Assembly (NCBI GenBank): GCA_026387155.1
Contig: JAPLMF010000026.1
Coordinates: forward strand, 1-43,115
DNA: 43,115 nt
Origin: Candidatus Omnitrophota bacterium
Lineage (GTDB): Bacteria > Omnitrophota > Gorgyraeia > 2-01-FULL-45-10
Direction: 5' to 3'
The notes beneath the pieces were generated by a model, which saw only the letters and a program-made list of their open reading frames with translations, was not told the origin of the DNA and did no database searches. A program made the translations under genes and the position numbers. Shown here piece by piece: positions 19,101 through 24,200 of the stretch (the first letter of the stretch is position 1; each line of letters opens with the position of its first letter).

Positions 19101-21251
19101 CGCGACTGTGACGGCTATATAGACGGAAGGCATATTGCTGAATAGTTCTGTCACGGGTGAAAGCCCTTCCGGACTGGATATGATACCCCTTATAAAGCCT
19201 ATGCTTTTAAATGCGTACGTGAACGAGCTTATCATGGCGGCAATTATAACACCGCCTATCCCCCATCCTGCTGCCTTGCGCCATATACCGGCACGGGCAA
19301 CACGGCTGGCGGCCCATTCCAAACCTTTAAGATCCAGATACGAAGCTACAGTGTCATTTACGGATTGTATTGCGGAGTCACGAGTTTTAGCGGATATGTC
19401 CCTTAGCTTGACATCCGGCGGCGTCTGGATAGCTTCACCTTTTACACCGGCCTCCTGTATCTCCTGACCGATATCGTACTGCGCCCGGTTCATGGTGCTT
19501 AAATATCTAGAGAACGCATTATCGAGAAGCCCGAGGATAGTAAGCTTAAACTCTCCGGCCATCTCCGCAGGGACCCTGTCGAAGGCAGCCCTTACTCCCG
19601 GCAATCCGGCTGCGTCGAGAGAGTCGAGATCTCCTTCCGTAACGAGCTTCCTTAAATTCTTAAAATATTCTTTCGTCTCCTGCATATCATTATTGAATGG
19701 CTCGGACTGTTGAAACTGTTGTATCTTCTGGGTCATTATCGCTTTTCGCAGCGCCCCTATAAGGTTCACCACTTCGGCAGGCTCCGCGCCATCCTTAGCT
19801 TCGATGGGCTCACCGGCGGCAACAAACTTATCATTTATAGCATCAAACACATCCCTGGCGCCCGGCAGCTCTCCATGTTCGCTGAATATCTTGTCTTCTA
19901 TGGACCAGTAGGCCCTCCAGGCTCCCGTATCTCCCGGACGACGGACGAGACGGCGCCTGAACTGTTTGTCGGTAGCGGCAAGTTCATCTATATATGTGGA
20001 ATAAGATATGTTCTGTCCGCTGCGAGCCACCAATTCATCGAGCTTTACGTCCACACCTCGCGCGCCGCGGTTTGTCACTATGGTAATGGCGCCCGATTTT
20101 CCGGCCGTCTTTTCGAGAGTATCTATATCGGTCTCCGAAAATGCGTCGAACTTCATTATCGGGCCGGTTATCCCCTGGCTTCTCAGCTGGGTTTCCACTT
20201 TATCGGATTCGCCTTCGCGGACCTTTATATATATGGCGGGTTTTTCAGGCTTCCCCATCTCTGTAACGACGTCTTTATAGAAACCTTCCCACTTACCCGC
20301 CTCGGTACGGTACATCTTTACCGTTTCGATGAGTGAATTTCCTGTGGACGCGACCGGATGCACGACTTCCTTCCCGTGAACCGCCAGAATGAAGTCATCA
20401 TCCATAGTGCCGCTGGCTCCGGCATAGTCTATGACCCTGCCGCTTCGTTTCAGGAAGTCCATAAGCATCATCTGGTTGCTCGTATCCTGTTCCGTGCGGA
20501 CCTCGACGCCTCCTGCAGCATGCTTAGCTTCTATGGCCGAATGCAGGCCGTTGGACCAGCGCCTGCCGGGCTGTTTTACGCCGTTATCTATGATAACTAT
20601 TTCATTGCCCACTATAGCGTAGTCTTCCACGCCGTAACAGATCTCCGCGGTAAGGGCCTGTTCTATGAGACGCCCCCATTTACCGGGTTCAAGATTAAAT
20701 AGCGCTGTGGCGCGCGACCCGAGCCTTGCAGATATTTCCCTTATACCGGCGTAGGTTAGTTTTATACGTTTTTTCTCTTGCTCGGATATATTGATATAAC
20801 CTCTACTAATCCCGGCCCCATTATCATAAAGCTCCATCGCAAGTTCCCTGGCCGCGATATACTGATCGCGAAGCTGGGCGCCGCCTTCACGCTCATTACC
20901 GGATATGATGAACGGCGTCATAAGCTGATAAACGAGAGGATCGTCCGCCTCGTCGAATAACACAAAATATTTCCTGGAGGACAGGGCCATATCGGCTTCG
21001 TCGGTAGCGAACTCTTCCTGCTCGTAACGGTGGACGAATGTCGTGACCGTGCCGTATATGATATCGCAGGTCCTATACACGTCTTCCTGAGTCTTCTTCT
21101 CCAACTCGCTGGTGGTTGGATTATACACATAACCCACGTGCTCACCGTTCTCTTCACCCACAAAACCTACGGTGCGGCCAAACTTGCTTTCAACCTGTCC
21201 GGCAGCTCTAGCGTCCCTCTTTGCCAGGTCGTCGCTCTTCGTTGCAACCAA
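13146..21251 (-). CDS. Giant-locus segment 2. In order: SecA-like ATPase motor, 10-12 TM helices, A/E/K and Pro-rich spacer, TPR-like helical region, TolC/OEP-like module, coiled coils.
   Basis: A 2,701-aa ORF whose listed start is TTG. Its frame is open upstream to 21287 and there encodes ...AGAEGKGVLVATKSDDLAKRDA, which continues the SecA P-loop region begun in the previous ORF. The domain-level features below give the motifs. Confidence 0.85.
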   Translation of the reverse strand: MVATKSDDLAKRDARAAGQVESKFGRTVGFVGEENGEHVGYVYNPTTSELEKKTQEDVYRTCDIIYGTVTTFVHRYEQEEFATDEADMALSSRKYFVLFDEADDPLVYQLMTPFIISGNEREGGAQLRDQYIAARELAMELYDNGAGISRGYINISEQEKKRIKLTYAGIREISARLGSRATALFNLEPGKWGRLIEQALTAEICYGVEDYAIVGNEIVIIDNGVKQPGRRWSNGLHSAIEAKHAAGGVEVRTEQDTSNQMMLMDFLKRSGRVIDYAGASGTMDDDFILAVHGKEVVHPVASTGNSLIETVKMYRTEAGKWEGFYKDVVTEMGKPEKPAIYIKVREGESDKVETQLRSQGITGPIMKFDAFSETDIDTLEKTAGKSGAITIVTNRGARGVDVKLDELVARSGQNISYSTYIDELAATDKQFRRRLVRRPGDTGAWRAYWSIEDKIFSEHGELPGARDVFDAINDKFVAAGEPIEAKDGAEPAEVVNLIGALRKAIMTQKIQQFQQSEPFNNDMQETKEYFKNLRKLVTEGDLDSLDAAGLPGVRAAFDRVPAEMAGEFKLTILGLLDNAFSRYLSTMNRAQYDIGQEIQEAGVKGEAIQTPPDVKLRDISAKTRDSAIQSVNDTVASYLDLKGLEWAASRVARAGIWRKAAGWGIGGVIIAAMISSFTYAFKSIGFIRGIISSPEGLSPVTELFSNMPSVYIAVTVALVIIGLAIYLVKVKKFSQVYRGQQNLALALRGVASSRELAGAVGAIPVSILQLLSGTMPIGSLLALASTIMFPQAAPVVVIAALAMAAIGILAGAAISIIFHKKISLAVTVQRTGFQRAMSYLGFSLAAVTGTILLALLSGSTAGFAAGVGAIALAGMWARTAFSRMYAQTPEGKALERSRPAIKAKIAGVAAMPLLLTVLLIVAKGAGSVGGAFTAFTTMGSMIVLATTVLYVIAAPYMARRFAAVESEALGKTTTRAQFIREIFELTAPNLRGMIVGFGAAGAVVGGIYMMVGGFSIAALTLTVSSVTLIAILGNKLLAYRKSVMARMARGEKPTGVFERLAATESKKMVKGLMASAIIAGAVPSIGMGAEVNRVVAPEQSMYKAQTEDQLIANLDKIFGITIKRSAVPKAPEAVTPESRAPPSDLENINTRDIASGLIKAAKTPEQVDRALIVAQKLPGQLLATINTEAKARKDAEKKAAEEQKAAAEKKAAEEAAKVEKPVGAGIGPGLAGPGPGPGGGTPPPPKEEKPAAPLAAAPAPSVAQPSTVMAPALTVPPVVQAPAVPPAAPSVTASVTLEAQKAAEEARKAAEQKAIADKKALAEKKAAAKKKAVERKRIAAEKKAAAEIAAEETRKAAEQKAAAEKAVAEKKAAEEQKAAAEKAAEERSASKRLALIKVSLDPALYNSRDGRKTYDGAKELAHKGDYLGVVKNLLPVIHAETTGNMNDALFRGRAYRFVASSIDRLNGTVNPDDIKALKGALEYAKSRDTENLTRAMFTIDDIKVSALDVSGFSMADALTRAKTLYDDENYAAALETILPVIAKAADSDERINAEKFAFKIIKKYIAKKDYIKATMYTHGLIAAHGRRPEKVATILKEAGIDLDAKRLAVLGSVARGDKSISEAAIDLFMTSDASKASLLKMLNDIATPWLKQYGRQHWYGRLGAWIGITGTWNSDFTKETYKLGAQISVELFNTEVKDLLKELEANAPNSEADRYDKIVSGIMKLYGLWNEGYSITEAIKLTENMIKELEVVASRPDLEPGEKAGIEGYIDGLKSQISHAKVRLSSIESEIRPLLGLEDTRKPFDFTKNIKIDSVLRTCEEYGVDAGIPADLAKAKAAEQWAKVRYDIQKENMGFWKTVTPKSMTLGIGTEAPTGLALSNTAFWTHFITLKVQWRGAKDLSIVDESVLKRTKEIFAEYALNQAGVDRNSLKTARTDVADLIQKLKESLASFELERHNYDLKQKQGMSWNALDYGKVSIEILYARAKLMDAEELLNNIDARLKVEFGKEEKPAEKTRPSLGNITIEEAIDAAIENNPNIKALLREAQFDDEMAKAYDTFCSRFIIGMDDRSINIKGSLNSKEFTDQVGFDKWSEPRKNMLTTLVSMAPAIRVGRAIGIPGKFYRKSAEANRAAADKDKRDLVYDILNKSAGYISAKKAVTNAEAKVLDVKAKMARAVEVETRAAGRDLSKEPDAVRSPAVIGAGQELAKAEEELTNQKKRLSDVKSELETILVQRLDGIKDESFNPTVILANPKYIGANPDPHDSEKTRLQILKDRAELARSMIKWGDVAVNVSGSYTTADKTQKVTKDWLPTTAKTVGGTTYSANQSVINPATGRALQEEVRTTSGTVTTETVSEPFSTVSLGWDNIIKSIIGRVAEVSEAGGVVDTATLSLNTWDRRSEEAVTDARNKYKYAQKEFSFAVDKMAGVQRDLDHRLENVASGKLEAGDMEDANPNITDDLKIALDGAKDKVRAEEENLVYRTVELCRVDGPGAPGKVDSGKIAVTNRAKDYRSLADEITSRGKAMADRRAAFNEFLSRAAAVFQFVDIGGSISKDFPSIVSKTLDDAKRALSDTEVYININAADLAQLHSDYDRTKAAIGAIPGYVANANAYMAQANAQAAQDRANIASLTNRLSDQFNYWIFDSDTGGVIVDGQAMANDSASLDANIADLSTQNAEIGKQGAEVARLGDESKNMNDTLSKF
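13900..15190 (-). other. TolC/outer-membrane-efflux-protein (OEP)-like module inside the giant ORF
   Basis: GNITIEEAIDAAIENNPNIKALLREAQFDDEMAKA (15121-15190) matches the hallmark OEP N-terminal signature (L-t/s-L-x-E-A-I-x-x-A-L-x-N-N-P-x-L). A second-half-like element follows: RLQILKDRAELARSMIKWGDVAVNVSGSYTT. S/T-rich beta-like stretches lie between long helices. Compare ILSIDDCVKIAAANNIQALVAKK in the bona fide TolC-like gene at 34907..36838. Confidence 0.4.
17060..17720 (-). repeat. Low-complexity coding region with A/E/K helical repeats flanking a Pro/Gly-rich core (TolA domain II / TonB-linker-like)
   Basis: The protein reads ...KARKDAEKKAAEEQKAAAEKKAAEEAAKVEKPVGAGIGPGLAGPGPGPGGGTPPPPKEEKPAAPLAAAPAPS...AVPPAAPS...EAQKAAEEARKAAEQKAIADKKALAEKKAAAKKKAVERKRIAAEKKAAAEIAAEETRKAAEQKAAAEKAVAEKKAAEEQKAAAEKAAEE. 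A 41-nt direct repeat with one mismatch occurs at 17110-17150 and 17629-17669. Confidence 0.85.
17990..19300 (-). other. Polytopic membrane domain (about 10-12 Ala/Gly-rich TM helices) directly after the SecA-like motor
   Basis: Successive hydrophobic 18-25-aa segments include WGIGGVIIAAMISSFTYAF, VYIAVTVALVIIGLAIYLV, APVVVIAALAMAAIGILAGAAISIIF, AMSYLGFSLAAVTGTILLALLSG, IAGVAAMPLLLTVLLIVA, MIVGFGAAGAVVGGIYMMVGGF and SIAALTLTVSSVTLIAILG. They are separated by short basic loops. I see no similarity to SecY. Confidence 0.7.
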
Positions 21252-21298
21252 GACGCCCTTGCCTTCGGCACCCGCAAAGTCAGGGTCTTACCAAATCC
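19450..21298 (-). other. Divergent SecA-type ATPase motor (NBD1, PPXD-like insert, NBD2, start of the helical scaffold), interrupted by a frame break at 21264-21287
   Basis: Each motif is given against E. coli SecA as I remember it:
- MLMGFGKTL (21281-21298, previous ORF frame) vs MRTGEGKTL.
- GKGVLVATKSDDLAKRDA vs GKGVHVVTVNDYLAQRDA.
- YFVLFDEADDPLVYQLMTPFIISG (DEAD at about 20940-20957) vs [23 protein letters not shown].
- DYAIVGNEIVIIDNGVKQPGRRWSNGLHSAIEAK vs [36 protein letters not shown].
- AITIVTNRGARGVDVKL vs AVTIATNMAGRGTDIVL.
- DKQFRRRLVRRPGDTGAWRAYWSIEDKIF vs [31 protein letters not shown].
- LLDNAFSRYLSTMNRAQYDI vs LDSLWKEHLAAMDYLRQGI. Confidence 0.8.
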
Positions 21299-24200
21299 CA
21301 TGAGCATCTGGTACATCTTACCTTTTACAAGTTCTGGGGCTGCCGCTGCCTGGACTTTTAACTTTTCGTAGTCGGGAGTAATATTCTCGCCGCGCAGATA
21401 TTCCAGTTCGACCTTTAACGCCGACCGCATCTCATCTGTGTATATAGGATTAGCGAGGAATTCTTCATCGGTCATAATTGCGGGTGCCGGCGCAGCTGGC
21501 GGAGCTTCAGTCCCGGTAACGCCTTTTTCAAACTTGATCCCCCATCCGAAAATCGCCGATAACTTATTCATCAAAGGCTGGATCAACCAGTTCGAGAGTA
21601 TGTGCCAACCTGAGTTTATAAGGAAGAACATCAAGAATACGGATTGCGGGGTCTGTCCCAGGATATGCGTCAATATTTGCGGCGCGAAGAAAGTGCCTAT
21701 CAGAAATATAGCGGAAGGCAGTGAAACTAGTATAGGTACGACGGTCTTTTCGATTACCTCTTTTCTTAGTCCCGGAGGAGCGCGCGGACTTATGGAGCTG
21801 CGTATTTTCCCTAGACTTATATGGCGGTGCACAAATATCAGGATCGCCGCTGTCATTGTAACAGCTACTATTGCGCTCGCCGCGCCTGATGTCATATCTA
21901 AACCCATAATATTGGCCAGTAATGTTCCGGATCCGAGGCCCAATACCACGGGAAATATAAACGATTCAAAGACCGGCGCTATCACGTTATCGAACAGCCA
22001 CCTACCTGCCCTATTATCCCTAAAGAACGGTTTGCTGTCGCGGTATCTCTGCATCTCGAGCGTCACGCCCTTGCCTGCGCGCATCCTGACGGCTTTTTCA
22101 AGCTTTGCTACCTCGTTCTCAAATTGCTTCCAGTTTGGATTTTTTCTTAAATCTCCGATCTCGCTCGTAATTTTCTTCAGCATCAAATAAGGCGCCGGAT
22201 TTTTCTCAGGATCGAAGTTCTTCATCGCTTTCTGCGCCTCATTAAAACCGATGCCTAGAGATGCTATCTTTGCCTCAAGCTGGACACTATTCATCTTGTA
22301 TATGGGGCCCGTTACTTCTTCGGGTTTAATTATATCGGCAAGTTTCTTAGGTACCGGCTTCTTTAGCGACGGCGCCTTTTTGAAAATCTTCAGGCACCAG
22401 CGCGCGCCCAGCACTATCCCTATTGCCGCACCGACAAGAACTAATCCTGTGCCAATGCCTACGCCGCCAGCGGAATCCTGAGCGATTCCTCGAGCCGCTT
22501 CACCGGCATAGGACGAAAGGGCCGTACCAAGCAGCAATATGCCGCCTATAGAGAGAAGCCTTCCTCTATTAGTACCAGAAATATTTCGCTTAGCTCTTGC
22601 TCTGAGCCAGAGAGTCGCAAGTATGATATCCATTACCGCCAAAAATACGATTATTGCCCCGGTAGCTATCTTCTTCCACGCCGGACCCTTAGTCTCGGTT
22701 ACAGCTTTCTGTACTGCATTAACAACTGATTCTTTCTGAACTTTCGGAGCAGACGGCTTCTCTACTACGGATATACCGGCTGTAGTCACCATAAAATTCT
22801 GGACGGAACCCGTCAATTTCAGATTACTTCCCGCCTGATTCTGCATGGCCGCAAGCCGGGTAAATACCCTGTCTATGGCCCGTTTCATGCCCTCTATTTT
22901 ACCTTCCTTTTCGAGCAAAGCCCTCTTGCGTTCATCTGGAATGCCCGCCAACTGTTTTTCTAAAGTAGCTTTCTTATTCGTCCATTCACGGTGGAGTTTC
23001 ACAGCGTTATTATACAGGCTCCTGTATTTTGAGCCCGTCTTACCTCTATACATCTCCATGTCCCTACTGTACCTACTGAGATTGAATGGGACATCTTCTG
23101 CAAGTGCTTTTTTGAGGGTGGCCTCACGTCTGTCAGCCCTAGCCAACGAGCCGTCCCTGTTATACACATTAAACCAATACTCAGCTATCTTGTCCCTAAG
23201 TTGAAGCGCATTCGTACAAGATCCTGCGTCGGGCATAGGGTCCGGATCAAGAGCAAGGGCAACCCTGGTCATATAAACCGCAAAGGCATCACATAAAACT
23301 AGGTATGCTTTTTGAACATCGATGGAGGCGTCCTTCAGTTCTTTTATCGTGGCCGGGCCTTTAGGAAAATAGTTATCGTGCACGAATCTTATGGTAGTTT
23401 CGATATTGGTCTTTAAAACACCCCCGTCATTACGACGGGATAAACGATCTAGAAAATCCCTGAAGTTGTTATAGCGGGGATCTTTCCACACCTGTATCTG
23501 CCCAAGCCCGGTACCGGCGCCGGCTTCGAGCTGAGTCCTTCTCCTGCCACCCATGCTTTCATGCTCCAATATGCAAAGCATAACGATAAACTCATTTCTA
23601 TTCATATTTGCTTTGGCGGATTTTGGATCCGTTGGAACCAGGTTTGTAAGCGGCTCCGTTATGAAAGCCGCAGCCGCGGCAAGGGGTATCAGCTGGCTAA
23701 ATCTTGTGTCGCCATCGGCTTTAGTATCGACATTGGGATGAAACGGTATTCCGCGATTATACGGCGCTGCGGGCGCAGTCGGAGTTACTTGTGTCGTAAC
23801 GGCCCGTTGCGGTATAGCCGCGGGAGTTCTCATGAAGGTCTGCGCGGCCGTCTGTGCGGCCATTGATGGCGCAACAGCCGCTAGGATCGTTATCAATATG
23901 GCCAATAGTACGGTGGACCAGTGAGTGTAAAGCGCCGTTGGCTTTTTGACCTCAGCCGGGGCAGCTTGGGGTTTGACTGGCCTCTCCTGAGAAACAGCCT
24001 TCGGGGTAGGTGCTGCGGTTACAGGCGCCTGTACCGGTGCCTTTCCGAGATACTTATGCAGATCCTCGGTCAGTTTTCTAATGTCCTCGGCGGTAATTTC
24101 TCCTCCATATGCCGCTAATGACCACATCTCAGTCGCTCTTTCTATCAATACTCCCGCACCGCTACCAGGCTCATTTTCCCTGCTTTCGATATCATTCTTG

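Noticed and set aside
21264-21287. Programmed -1 ribosomal frameshift at the SecA-motif break.
   Set aside because: The 24-nt interval has no X XXY YYZ slippery heptamer, and I could find no obvious downstream stem-loop or pseudoknot. An indel, real or from assembly, is the simpler explanation.
19450-21298. Housekeeping secA gene.
   Set aside because: The motor sits more than 1,880 residues from the N-terminus of its reading frame. It lacks the SecA C-terminal linker and Zn finger, is fused to TM helices, and its motifs are strongly diverged. I call it a SecA-like module rather than secA.
21580-21990. CPBP/CAAX-protease-like TM domain (APVFESFIFP ... LIFVHRH ... GWHILSN).
   Set aside because: The pattern only loosely echoes EExxxR / FxxxH / HxxxN. 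The second catalytic Glu and the Arg of motif 1 are absent. That is not enough to call.
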